Source of the DNA: Mayamaea pseudoterrestris
Taxonomy: Eukaryota
DNA length: 64,000 nucleotides
Assembly (NCBI GenBank): GCA_027923505.1
Contig: BROI01000015.1
Coordinates: 372,001 to 436,000 of the forward strand
Direction of reading: 5' to 3'
The position numbers were made by a program, and so were the translations under genes. Under the pieces are notes generated by a model that ran no database searches, was not told where the DNA came from, and saw nothing but the letters and a program-made list of their open reading frames with translations. Shown here one piece after another: positions 10,650-22,800 of the stretch; position 1 is the stretch's first letter, and each line of letters starts with the position of its first letter.

Positions 10650-11417
10650 GTGTTAAAGATGGTGTTTGCTGTGGACGTTTGATGTGGCTCTATTCATAGT
10701 GTATAGTGGACGCTGATGGCTGTCTCGAGCAACGCACTTTGTCAGACAAATAGATTAATTTGTTATCTAATTCAGATTGGCTTATTTAATTAAAATGCCG
10801 TAAGAGTGTTTTAGCTCGTCTAAGGCAAAACTTTAGTGCGGTGGCTGCCACACAATACCGGTAGTGGTTCGAATGACGTGACAGCCAATAATTGTCTTCA
10901 ATGCCATGGATCCTGCCAGCTGAACAATCATGCGGGCACTAGCTTTGAAGGCTTTTGAAGGATCAAAGCATGTATTGCGTTATTTGCTGGCCACGTTTTG
11001 TTTGATTGGGGACTAAACATGGCTCTGAATGTGGGCTTTCAGGCAGCGTCTGACTGGGCTATGAACCATAATGTCTACAGTCACAATACATAGTTTGAAG
11101 AATCAGCCAGTATTCTGCCTTTAGAGCAGCCGCTGCATTGGCATTGGACCATCATGGTGTGTTTGGGTACTATGCATGCTCTTGCTAGAGGTAGCATGAT
11201 GGCATGAGGGGTCGGATCAGAAGGCCCGAGAGGTTACCCAGTAGACTAGCACGACCGCGACTATCCGTTTCCGGTCATGAGTCATTGGTCATTTCTCGGT
11301 CATTATTTCCGTTCTCCCACCAAAATTGTCGACCTTGATCGACCGATCATTTCCTTCGCAACCTCACGGCTAGCTTGCCTCACGTCAACCTTTATCAGCT
11401 GAATAGCTCAGTGATTC

Positions 11418-12026
11418 ATGATGAAATGTATCTGTATTTTATGCAGCTTGTTATTGCTGCGTAGCTCGGCGTGGGCGCAAACGGATGCTGGCGATGTTGC
11501 TGTCCCTTCTGAGGAACAAGAAGACCGAGAGCTGTATAGCCGGAGCAACCTCTTCAATCGTCCTGGAAATGGAAACAGAAAGGTCATGAATGTCAGACAA
11601 CAGTCTTACACTTGGCCAAACAAGGAGATCATTGCATTGATTAGGAGTGGGGGAGCGCCACCGATGCGTCCAACCACCAGGAAGCCGGTGCAAATGCGAA
11701 TGACTCGAAGACCACGACCACCATCTACGATGCGTCCCAACAGGGCACCATCGCCAACCATTGCCACAACTTCTAATCCGACTTCGGAACCAACGGTGTT
11801 GACGACCGAAGAACCAACCATTTCGGTATCACCAGTTGCACCGACGACAATACCCCCTGTTGTGCCAACCAGCGCTGTTCCTACTATGGTGGATTCATCT
11901 TCAGTCTCATCGGTGCCACCAACGACGGGCCCGACTTCCTTGGCACCAACGATTGTGATTTCTGCCGCACCTTCCACTCTTCCAACGTTAACGCCAGAGC
12001 TTCCGACGGTTGCGCCAGCTGTGTAA
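11418..12026 (+). CDS. Secreted Pro/Thr/Ser-rich (mucin-like) protein with an RxL motif
   Basis: Signal peptide, acidic propeptide ending DREL, Arg/Met/Pro-rich segment, then PT/PS repeats. Confidence 0.75.
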   Translation: MMKCICILCSLLLLRSSAWAQTDAGDVAVPSEEQEDRELYSRSNLFNRPGNGNRKVMNVRQQSYTWPNKEIIALIRSGGAPPMRPTTRKPVQMRMTRRPRPPSTMRPNRAPSPTIATTSNPTSEPTVLTTEEPTISVSPVAPTTIPPVVPTSAVPTMVDSSSVSSVPPTTGPTSLAPTIVISAAPSTLPTLTPELPTVAPAV

Positions 12027-12130
12027 TGATATTATAAGTGCAATGTGCAAGGCTGAACTGTAAGCATTAAAAAATGTGTGATTTATATATATTTCAAGTA
12101 CTATTCTATAAAATGTTCTTTCATAGTAGA

Positions 12131-13351
12131 TCACCATGGATGACTACCATCTTCGAGAGGTATCCATACCTCGCCTCGTCGCTGTCCGATGCTAAAGACG
12201 GCATCGTACTGTCCAAACGTCACCGGGCCGCTCAGCGCAATATTGATACCATCTCGCTGCAATGCTGCTCGAAGCTGCTTGTCGGCTCTTCGCACCACTG
12301 GTTCCAAGCTGGCGTCCTTGAAGAGACCGACAGCCACGACGCGTTCGGGTATATGCACAGTCTGACATTCGGATTGCTCCTGTAGACGGTCATTGTCTAT
12401 TGCAAGTTTTGGCGGCGACGACTCGCCAGGCAGAGCATATGCCATGGGCCATTGCATCGTCTTTTCGTCGCCAGATTCCTGCACCGTCATGAGAGCCGGT
12501 GCCAAAGGAGACTTGCCCGACGTGACGTAGTCTAGCGTTTCGTAACCTTGATCTCGTCGCGCGTACGCAGTTTCGACTCCAGTGTAAGTGGGATACTTGC
12601 GGACCTCATAGTCCCTGCCGCGTCGCAGCAATTGGTAGGGCAGTTCAGCTCCAGCCGATGGTGCCTGCAAGTTGTCGGGTGCAAGTTGGCCGAAAAAGTC
12701 TTTCAAAGCCGCGCCCTTGTCGACTTGCTCGTAGGTTCCTCCCTTTTGAATGTTAATCGAGTCCCAATAGTCTAGTTGCTGCGTCACTTGGACTCCCATG
12801 GGACCTCCTGGTGCCACCTTGTAAACGGAAATGCCCGAGAACCGTGCCGTTGGTGTCCAGGGAATCACCTTGACCGTCATGCGAAGGGTCCATCGCGTCA
12901 CAATGTCTGAAATGTCGCCGGATTCAAGTACGTCGCCACCTTCAATCTTGTGCAGAATGATTCCAGCATCGCGAAAGAGTATCTTGCCAAGTAGAGTTCT
13001 GGAAGCGAGCATGTCGACATTTAATTGGTATGCGTCAACTCCAGTGAGGCTTGTGAGTGGATCAACAAAGCTCACCTCTTTGCTGTAAAAATTCCGTTCC
13101 ATTGGGTTGAAAAACGACGCGTATTCTCTCGTCAAGACTGATTTAAGAGAAGCAATGGCTTGCTTTGTGTCTATCTTGGCAGATGCAGCGCTTGGCTTTG
13201 CTGCCGAAGAATGCAATGCCATTGTCGATTGCGATCGATGAGTCGGTGTACACCTCGAAGTCGTCCACGCGTTACATTCATTCCGTGCAACTAAGAGCAG
13301 CCATGCGAATGTAAGATACATGCATTGTCGCACGCTTATGTCTCTAGTCAT
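12131..13351 (-). CDS. Plastid-targeted DUF2358 plus SOUL heme-binding domain protein
   Basis: Signal peptide ending CNA-W; FVDPLT..GVDAY..N and RWTL (DUF2358-like); YEVRKYP...RRGEVWIPL (SOUL). The ORF extends to 13471, so the start is uncertain. Confidence 0.8.
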   Translation of the reverse strand: MTRDISVRQCMYLTFAWLLLVARNECNAWTTSRCTPTHRSQSTMALHSSAAKPSAASAKIDTKQAIASLKSVLTREYASFFNPMERNFYSKEVSFVDPLTSLTGVDAYQLNVDMLASRTLLGKILFRDAGIILHKIEGGDVLESGDISDIVTRWTLRMTVKVIPWTPTARFSGISVYKVAPGGPMGVQVTQQLDYWDSINIQKGGTYEQVDKGAALKDFFGQLAPDNLQAPSAGAELPYQLLRRGRDYEVRKYPTYTGVETAYARRDQGYETLDYVTSGKSPLAPALMTVQESGDEKTMQWPMAYALPGESSPPKLAIDNDRLQEQSECQTVHIPERVVAVGLFKDASLEPVVRRADKQLRAALQRDGINIALSGPVTFGQYDAVFSIGQRRGEVWIPLEDGSHPW

Positions 13352-13614
13352 GTTGTTGGCAACTAGGTATGCAGTGATATTACGGAAACGCACTGTCAAG
13401 TTAACAATGCGGACGATGAGAAGGACGACGAAAGGCTGGCATGCGTCATTTTTTTTTCTTTGGTGAGTCACACAGTGACATTGCCCAAGCGACGTCCCGG
13501 TCAGCTATCTATTGCGCCACAAAGCTCGCAATACAGTACTGTACAGTAATGTACTACTGTAACACTAACAGTTATTACCATTAATAGCTAGCTGATTAAT
13601 TTCTGCTGCATCTA

Positions 13615-14622
13615 CTAGTCTTCAAGCACAATATCCGGCGTTCCATTGCGCAGCTTGTCGGCGAGCGCTTGCGCCTTGACTCGATTTCGCTGCAAAAAAC
13701 TGGCAAGAGATGAAACCTTGTGCATGCCATTGCGGCCGTCGCGATAACGATAGGAGGACTCGTAGACTGTCGAGCCATCCGTGTAAAGGCCCGGACGAAC
13801 CCGACGCTCCCGCCAGTACATGCCAGATGAGTCGGTAAAGAAATGCTTGGCCGAAAAGTTCCAAATGTTTCTACCGATACGGACAGTCATGAGATGGAAG
13901 GAACTTGTTAGCTGATGATGAGTGAAAAAAGACTAATGGTGGACTATACAGCAGTATACTCACTTCCAGGATCGTTCGCGGACAGTATATTTTGCCTCTA
14001 CCATGGGTTGTTTTGACTCCGCGCTGCGTCGTCCAGTTATTTCGTATCGAGCAAAAAGGTCAACCTTGCCCCGATTGAACAAGTCCTTAATGATGGCCCT
14101 CCTGTCAACATGCACCAGCCGCACCGACCATTTCGCTGTGGAAGGTTTGCGACGGGCGTACCAAGTAATGGGTGTCTCGCCTTCCTTGGCGTTCACGACG
14201 CCAACAAACTGATACTTGCTGCTGCTGCTTCCAGATGCATTACTATTCTGTTCATTGCTTTGGATTTCATCGTACTTGGCGACTGCTTCGTCATACGCTC
14301 GTTCCATAGCTTTTGCTTGCGCATTTTGCATGCGTCGATCCGATGCTGCAACTTGCTGAGCCCAGTCGGCCCTGTCCATCGACACCTTGGTCTTTTTAGT
14401 ATCATACTTTTCGGCTGCTTCCTTGGCTGCCTTGGCTTCAGCTGAGAGTCCAGCGCGGAAGCGAGGGAGGAATCGACTGCGGAACGTTGGAGGCTCTTCC
14501 ATAAGTTGATGATTGTCCCAGATTGTGAGGGCAGTGAGTGGTGAGGCGATTCGCAGCTCGCGGACGGCAACCACCATCGTCGTCAGCGATGCCAACAAAG
14601 TCGACAAAGTAAATATCCTCAT
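13615..14622 (-). CDS. Hypothetical protein with signal peptide; exons 14622-13964 and 13870-13615
   Basis: A GTGAG...TAG intron joins RERSWK to NIWNFSAKHFF in frame. Confidence 0.75.
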
Positions 14623-15076
14623 GTTTCAGAAAAAAGGACGCTTGCTGGAAGAAGGCGTCAGGATTGATGGATGCCATGGTGATCCAAGCGATGGCGTTTC
14701 AGCTACTTATGTCGTAGCGTTGCTCACATGTCGGAGCGGGAATGCTGGTTACCCAATCATGACCCATCATCTTCTCTACCTTATCGATAACATTGCAGCG
14801 ATATGAGCGGAAACGATGCATAACTACTTGAAAGCAATTCGTTCACCCATTATCCTTCTTTTCTGAGTACTGCTATTGTACGCGCGATATGAAACCTACG
14901 TTGTCCATGCACTAAAAGAACTGGAAATAGCGACTGGCAGCTATCGATGAGATTTGCATTTCCATTTGCCGGGACCTCCCAGTTATACAGAAATAATATG
15001 CTCAATGCTCATCACTAATCATCGTGACATGAACGGAGACAGAATAAGTTCTGGGAAGCCACCTACCAGTATTAAT

Positions 15077-16034
15077 TTATGCCTTGCCCACCTTGACCGG
15101 ATAGATGTGAGCTTGCTTGATGGACAAGACAGCCTTCGAATCTGCCGACATGACTTGCTGGAAGATGTCGTGCCCTTCTTGAATGACTCCGTGTACTCCA
15201 GCTTTGCCATCCAGTCCAGCATTTCCACCCGCTGTGACGACAAACGTTGGATTGATCCCAACGACAGCCAACCCTCCATCCGTGCGCTCTAAATCAAACC
15301 CTTTGAGTTCTGTAAAATTGTCAACAATTGTGTGAACGTCCATGCCATACAAGTGCTAATTACAAAGCGGAAAGAGAAGCAAAAGAGAAAGTTAGCAGGA
15401 TAAAGACTACGTTCTAAACGAATCACACATTCAATTCTCCTTTCCGCCACGCAACTCTTACCATGACAATCTTTCCAATCTTTCGCTTATTGACATTAAC
15501 AACGATCCATGTCAATCGCGGTTCGACCTTGCCCTTTGGTGCAACATGCGCTCCCTTGACAATGACTGGTGTCGATTCCTTGACTTGCCTTTGATACTGG
15601 CCAGCCTTGCCAGCTTGTTTGAGGCCATGATCGATCGCGTCGTCCAAAATCGTCTTGTCAACAGCCGCGTCTGCTTGAGTCGCCCAATCAGGACGTTCAA
15701 ATCCATGCTGTTTCTTCAGTTGATCCATCTTGTCAACATGCGACGTGTGTGAGGACGACGGATGATGGTCGGTCACTCTCGTTGGAGCTGGTGGGGCTGG
15801 TGATGGAGCCGGCACTGGTGACGCGACAGTTTGTTTAGGAGATTCAAAGTCATCTTCTTCAATGACTTCCTCTTCTTCGTAGGATTCTTCCTCCTCCTCG
15901 TCGTAAATTTCATCGTCTGCGACTGCTGCAACTGCAGCTGACGAGGATGCAGAATGTCTGGCAGCTTCTTGTTGCGCAATTTGTAGTTTGAGTGCTTCAA
16001 TCTTTCGTTGCAAGTCTTCCGTAGAGTCTGCCAT
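15077..16034 (-). CDS. Acidic/Pro-rich protein with a divergent C-terminal cyclophilin-like domain; exons 16034-15462 and 15355-15077
   Basis: A GTAAG...TAG intron gives NKRKIGKIVM|HLYG..TIVDNF..L and LDGK..VHGVIQEGHDI, echoing cyclophilin GRIVIELF..TVENF and LDGKHVVFGxVxEGMD. The central catalytic segment is not recognisable. Confidence 0.65.
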
Positions 16035-16900
16035 GCTATGAATGAGTTTCGTTGCTTACTGCCAAGCTGTACGAGTACATTTACTGCGCAAGTCGAGCAT
16101 GTACAGAAGTTGTGAGTTGTGAGTTGCGACACGATACGATCTTGGGTCATTCACTGATTTGCGTGTCGCACCGCAACTCATTTAGCTTTTTGGTTTCCGA
16201 TCGTTGACTTGGTATGCTTTCGGCTGCCATGCCACACCTGCCAAGTGGTCCTCATTTGGCTACCATAATCTGCCAAGTGATCTTGTAGATTATGAATGAA
16301 TTCAGCTGCCATGACAGTGATGAGGGCACAACCTGCCGAGTGATCCATAAGTCAAAGGTGTGTTAAGTTGATCCTTGTAAGCAATGTTTGGTTGTCAAAA
16401 ACACTGTAGCTAGAATGGCTGTAGATTGAGACAGAGTGACCCAATCAGGAAGGAAGGAATTGGCCTTGTGGTGCTTACACGAGGGTATGACAGCGACAAA
16501 CTCGTTCAGCATAATGGACAAAACTGAGTGTCCAACACTTTTAGTATAACTAGCATTCAATAATTCATTGAATGGATAGGCTGATCTGGCACGGTGTTGA
16601 CAAGAAATGAAACCTACAGTTAAGGTATGATTGTGAGCATGTTCACAACATCATGCTAAACTCGTATGTACGTGTCAATCGCCGATTGAGTACCGATATG
16701 ACGTGCAGTTGCTTGCGTTGAAACGGCACGAGTGATCGCTAGATGTCCGTCGTCACAGAACAGTTCGATGTGGCCAAGATCGTAGTCCTCGCTCATGATA
16801 TATATGGCATCGAGGCCATTCTTCATCACCTCATACTGATAGCTTTCTATTGACTGCAGTAGGAACAAGAAAAGCAATTTGTTGTGGTCTGCCATCAGCC

Positions 16901-17788
16901 ATGCCTCTGTTCTTTGTTCACGCACCTCAATTTCTAAGGATTCTCACGTCAGCCTCGTGCAGCACGGCTCGCCTTTTGACCATTTGCATTTTGTTCATGA
17001 GCTTGGCGCCTCTTGGTTCCATTTATGTATTGCTGTTGTCGTTGGGAAATTTTGGAGTCGTTATTGACGAACATGATCCATTCTCGCATTCACTTCATCG
17101 ACCGTCACAGAATTTGACATTCGAGGAGCTGTGGTCGACCATGTTCCAAGAATACGGCAATCAGCACCAGGGAAGAGGTCTCATCTTGGCATTTGTACCA
17201 CTTGGGAAACAGCATGTGTCGGCGCACTTGAGAATCTTTCTGCCCTGGGCACTCTCCTTTTTGCTTGGCGTCATTATTCCTACGTCATTCACACTATGGT
17301 CGTTGATTCGCAATAGAAGGATCTTGGTGGAACGAAGGAGAAGACGCGCAGTCCGACTCGACCAGACTATCTTCTTGTTGTCGCACGAGTACAGCAAGCA
17401 CTTGACGCATGATGATATCGAGATTGAAGGTGAACTGTCGAGAGAAACGGACTGGAACGCAAATATCACGAGTTCCGAAAGCTTGATACACGACGAACCG
17501 ATTGAACAAAAGTGGAAAGTACCAACTGCGGGCACCTCAGCGAATCGATCAAACTTATCAACCAGAATTGTTGATGAAGGTTGTGCAGTTTGTCTGCATC
17601 CATATCATGTCAACGATTCGGTGAGCTGGTCGTCAAATTCAACCTGTGTACATGTCTTCCACGAACGATGCATCATTGAGTGGCTCTCACGAAAGAACAA
17701 CAAGAAATTCGCATGTCCGTGCTGCCGCCAGTGCTTTGTGTCACTCCCTGCTGATACTGGAAAGGCGGGCACAATTGCGGTTGGGTGA
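16901..17788 (+). CDS. Membrane-anchored RING-H2 E3 ubiquitin ligase (start uncertain)
   Basis: CAVCL...CVHVFHERCIIEWL...CPCCR, with hydrophobic TM segments upstream. Confidence 0.85.
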   Translation: MPLFFVHAPQFLRILTSASCSTARLLTICILFMSLAPLGSIYVLLLSLGNFGVVIDEHDPFSHSLHRPSQNLTFEELWSTMFQEYGNQHQGRGLILAFVPLGKQHVSAHLRIFLPWALSFLLGVIIPTSFTLWSLIRNRRILVERRRRRAVRLDQTIFLLSHEYSKHLTHDDIEIEGELSRETDWNANITSSESLIHDEPIEQKWKVPTAGTSANRSNLSTRIVDEGCAVCLHPYHVNDSVSWSSNSTCVHVFHERCIIEWLSRKNNKKFACPCCRQCFVSLPADTGKAGTIAVG

Positions 17789-18191
17789 TTGCGGTTGGGT
17801 GATTGCGGAGGGCGAAATCCGAGGAACTTGTACGACTGCTCGCAATCGTCACCAAGGAGCAGCGCAGTGGTTTACTAGGAAAGGAATGTTTCGATATTGT
17901 AAGCGATGATTAAGATATGCTTCGTGAACGTGACGCAATTGTCCGCCACCCACTCTTCTTCAAACGCGCAGGTTTTGAGCGACTATCGCATGTCTGAAAG
18001 TTATGCATGCGCCTACTCATTGCTTGATTCTGAATTAAAGTATCGTACTATATGCTATGAACACAATAAACGCGATATCAAGTACATGCGATTATAACTT
18101 AGCTAAATACCGGTAACTCACTGTCGGCTCGAATGATGTTGCCTTCCCAAAGCAGGAAAGTTAGAGCCTCCCGAAGAGACGTGTGCGTGAC

Positions 18192-18199
18192 TGACGTCA
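18192..18199. promoter_or_regulatory. Palindromic CRE/bZIP site TGACGTCA
   Basis: Perfect palindrome about 100 bp upstream of ATG 18300; could be chance. Confidence 0.25.
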
Positions 18200-18299
18200 C
18201 ACGATTGGAACGATTATTATTTCTTCGCATGCTTCATCGACGGCATCATACTTTCACTTCCTTCCACTTCCGTGCCCAATTCACCTTTTCTACATAACA

Positions 18300-18527
18300 A
18301 TGATCTCCGTCGTCGCTCGCCAAGCTTCCCGCTCAAGCCGCCAAGTTATTCGTCAGTTTAGTGGGGCCGAGGCTTCTGCAGAGAAGAAATTGAACCCCTT
18401 TTCGATTGTCGACAATCCAATCGGAGGCGGAATTGTGTTGCTTGGACTCACTGCCGCTTTGGGAGCTTTTATGTACAAGTTTGAAGACGAGCTTCCACAA
18501 AATCCGATTACCAAGGAGTCTGTTTAG
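18300..18527 (+). CDS. Small single-TM protein with a mitochondrial presequence
   Basis: 75 aa; Arg/Ser-rich N-terminus ending RQFS, one TM helix, ACAATG start context. Confidence 0.7.
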   Translation: MISVVARQASRSSRQVIRQFSGAEASAEKKLNPFSIVDNPIGGGIVLLGLTAALGAFMYKFEDELPQNPITKESV

Positions 18528-19894
18528 GTTCGCATACGCCACGATTGGGTCAATCGCAAATCGCCGGCAGACGGCACTACTTGAATATTGCGATTCATGT
18601 TACTTTGCCAATCTAAGTTAAAAAGCTGTTTGTAAGAAACTGGCTCTGTCTGTGGTATACATTAGTTCTAATGTCATATGATTGAATGATAAATGGCTGA
18701 CATATTCAACCGAAAGGGTTGGCTATACATACTGCATTCTTTAGTCAGTCTTGCCCTTGCTTGATCAGATCTAATCTTCAGCGTACAGCGTCAATTGTCA
18801 ATTTACTTCATACTCTGTCATAAATCTTTCTCTATAAGGTATATTCAATTTAACATTCTATGTCAGCTCCCACCAGACTTCGACGACGGACTGCCTAACG
18901 AGCTAAATGAGCTAACGAGTCGGAATTCGCAGTTCGACTGGCGCGAGTTCAAAACGACTCGGAATCAGGAATCGAATATTAAGCTTGGTGTACACTATAT
19001 TATCAAAGTGTGTTAGAGCAGCATCTGTAGCAAAAGCATTTATCTGTTATCCAGAGAAAGGCCATGGTAGTGCCCTGCTTCTTCTATAGTCTTTTGTAAC
19101 CCCAAACCGCAAGCAAGAAATACTGAATGACACAGAAGTTGACGCGAGAAACAGCGTTGATCCCGGGTGAGATGTAGAGAGGGAGTTTAACAAGTAAGTA
19201 GTATGTAGAGTACAGTCGTACTCTCAAGTAGGTAGCTACCGGTAGGCCTTTTGCTTCTGCTGCCGGTATCCTGCGTAAGCGGGGAATTCCATCTTCGGCC
19301 TGACGGTCACACTGTAAAACGAAGGCTGATATTGAAGTTCTGACAGGGCAAACGTGTCCGGCGTTCTTTGCTTTCAGTGACACGTTGAAAACGGCACCGT
19401 CAGGTTCCAACAAAAGGTTGCGTCAAGATAATCGACCAGCCACGTTGGTTAGCATGTATGTCACTTGTGCCCATTTGACACCGCACCTTCAATTGGCGGC
19501 ACCTCTCCTTCAACGCTGATATGTTCAATCGGTTCAAATCTTGCACGGGACATTCAGAACGAAAAGGCCCAAGCGTTGATATGAGTCTCTATTGCCCGCT
19601 GATCGGAGAATCCCTTCGTCACAATGACTAGTTGAAGGAAGACCGCTTTGGCAATTCAAATCGAAAACGTCAGAAGGTTTTACGATGTGAGGTCGTTTGC
19701 GGTGCCTTCTTTCATTCTCACAAATCGCAAGTTTGACCATCCCCACTGCAACAACCAACAAGCAAGATCCGATCGTCGGAGTCTCTCAAATCTATATCAA
19801 GCACAAGCAGTGACAACACTCATCCAACGATAGAGTATCAAGAGCCAAGCAAGAAATACAGACACAGAGAATCCTTTTTCAGCCAGCATCCAAC

Positions 19895-22800
19895 ATGAGT
19901 CCACGTCCGTACCCATTGATCGATGACGAAGGTGACTTGTCAAGCAACGGGAGCACCTGCGAAGATGACAAAGATGCGGAAAGTACCTTCAGCACCTCCA
20001 ACGCCAGTGGAACGGGTCATGGCGGAGCTCTTAGTGAGTCTTCCAACTCGGACCTTCGCGACAAGCTTATCAAGAACGAGGAGAAGGCCGTCCGCAAGAC
20101 TCGCATTGCCGTCGCCGTCATTCTTCTCATTTGCGCAGCATCAGGTAAGGCCAATCGCAATCTCCTGTCTGTTCGATTATTCAGTTGCTAACCCAAACAC
20201 CTTCATTTTTATACATTCAGTGAGTACCGGCGTTTACCTATTCGCTTCCAAGAATGAGTCGAAGAAGTACATCTCTGAATTTGGCATTCATGCTGAGTCT
20301 ATTCTCAACACCGTCAAATGGCACTGTCAGTTCAACTTTGCCCTCATGCAACAAGTCTCAGCTGCCATGACATCGTCAGTTATGATGATGAATGCTTCCT
20401 TCCCCTTTTACACGCACCCCACATTCGAAGTGCCTGCTGGCTACGCCGATGGTATGGGTGGTATCATGTCGGTAGTATATTCGCCTCGGATAAAGTCGGC
20501 GCAAAGGGCGCAATGGGAGAAGTACTCGGTGGAGAACCAAGATTGGCTACAGGAGAGCGAATATTTAAGATTGGTCCATCCGGGACATCGTGATGCTGTT
20601 CATGGGACCATTCAAGATCACGAGCATGACCGTCGTCGCCGTCTCGATGAAGAGGTTGTCTTTCCAAACATTTCCAGTCAAATTTGGCATTGGGAGAACA
20701 CGACAAAGGTTGTCGACACAAAGGAGCAAGATGAAGACTACTACCCCATCTGGCAAACAACGCCACCTGATGCAACTCCAGTCAACTCAAACCTCCTTGG
20801 TGATCCCGCAACTAAAGAGCTTTTTGAGAAAATGCTTGCCAACAACATGTCCGTCCTCACTGGCTACACGCAGATCAACCAGCTCTGGGACTGGATGTTT
20901 GACCCAGAGGAGAAGGTTCAGGAGACAAATCCACACATGTATCTCATGGAGCCAGTCTACGACACGTTCAGTACAAATCCTAAACTAGCGGGTGTCTTGA
21001 CGGGATTGGTTTCGTGGTCAAACATCTTGAATCGTCTCTTGGCGCCAGGCGAGAACGGCATTGTTGTCGTTATCAAGGATACATGCGGATTAGATTTTAC
21101 TTACGTTCTGGATGGCCAAGTTGCAAATTTCCTCGGTGTTGGAGATTTGCACGACACCGAATGGGATTCCATGGGCAAAAGCAGTCAACTAGAGTTGGTC
21201 GCCGCAGTTGCGGAGGACATGTGTGTCCATCATCTTCATATTTACCCGACGGACGTCTTTCGTTCGAAATACGTTACGGTTCAGCCTATCATTTTTACCT
21301 TGGTGGTGGCATGCTCGTTCCTCGTGACGGCGGCAATTTTCGTCCTATATGATCACAACGTCAACAAACGCCAGAATAAGACAATGGATAACGCCATTCG
21401 CAGCAACCAAGTGGTTGCGTCGCTCTTCCCGGCGAATGTCAGGGACAGGCTCATGGAAGACGCGGAGCATCAGCTCAAAGCAGACAAGAACGGCAAGCTA
21501 TCTGGTTTCAATCGCAAGGACATTGTTGACAGCCAGACTATATCCGTCTCGAGACCCATTGCCGACTTCTTTCCTCATGTGACGGTACTTTTTGCCGACA
21601 TTGCTGGATTCACCGCATGGAGGTATGTTGTATCGGTGTCCTCTCACTTTTCCGCTTAGTCTCTCCTGCGCCCACTCACACTTTGCTTTTAGTTCAACTC
21701 GCGAGCCCTTCCAGGTCTTTCAGCTACTGGAGACCATCTACGGAGCACTCGATGAGATTGCTAAGCGGCGCCGCGTCTTTAAGGTTGAAACTGTCGGGGA
21801 TTGCTATGTTGCCGTCGCTGGCATGCCTGACGCTCGTAAGGATCACGCAGTCGTCATGGCTCGCTTCGCCCGCGACGCCATTTTCAAGATGAACCAGTAC
21901 AGCCATAAACTCGAAACAACCTTGGGTCCAGACACAGGAGACTTGTCATTCCGATGCGGACTTCATTCTGGACCTGTCACTGCCGGTGTCCTTCGTGGGC
22001 AGAACGCTCGCTTTCAACTTTTTGGCGATACAATGGTACGTGAGAGCAAAGCGTGTTGTGCCTCGCTGTGACAATTTGTATGATCACTTCTCTAACCCCT
22101 TATGTTCAACTTCCAGAACACCGCTGCGCGAGTCGAGTCCACTGGTATGCCGGGTAGAATCCAGATCAGTAAGGCGACTGCTGAATTGTTGACGGCTGCT
22201 GGAAAGGTAAGAAATAAAGTGATGTTGTTCAAGGCATGCTTTTGATCATGGGGCGCTTCTCACTCACATGCCATATATCCCTTCACGCAGAACCATTGGT
22301 TTAAACCCCGCGATGAGCGAGTTCATGCCAAGGGTAAGGGAGAGATGGAGACGTTCTGGCTACTTTTGAATGCGGAATCTGTGGGCTCGTCAGCCGGCAG
22401 TAGCTCGGTTGGCCAGATGGAAGAAAACCGCTTCGATCAACTGCATGAAGTGGCGGAACGCTTACCAGAGCAGCATCCCTCTGACTTGAATACCAAGGAT
22501 CGGCGTCTTATCGAATGGAACATGAGTGTCGTCTCGCAACGGGTTAAAGCTATCGCGGCGCAGCGAGATGGTGTCAAGGTCGAGGATGTTGATATTCCCA
22601 ACCATGTCGCAACTTTACTGGAGCAGTACGTCGCCGGTGTCGCAAGCATGTACCGAGACAACGCCTTCCATAATTTTGAGCACGCTTCGCATGTGACCAT
22701 GTCGGTTACAAAAATGCTTTCGCGCATTGTAGGCGGCGAAAAGGATTGCGGTACCAAAGATGAACATTGCTACACTCGGGACATTACATCGGATCCGCTA

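Noticed and set aside
10841..10880. GGTTCGAAT suggesting a tRNA T-loop
   Set aside because: No T-stem, acceptor stem or cloverleaf can be formed.
13531..13560. Overlapping palindromes ACAGTACTGT / TACTGTACAGTA
   Set aside because: Short low-complexity intergenic sequence with no supportable function.
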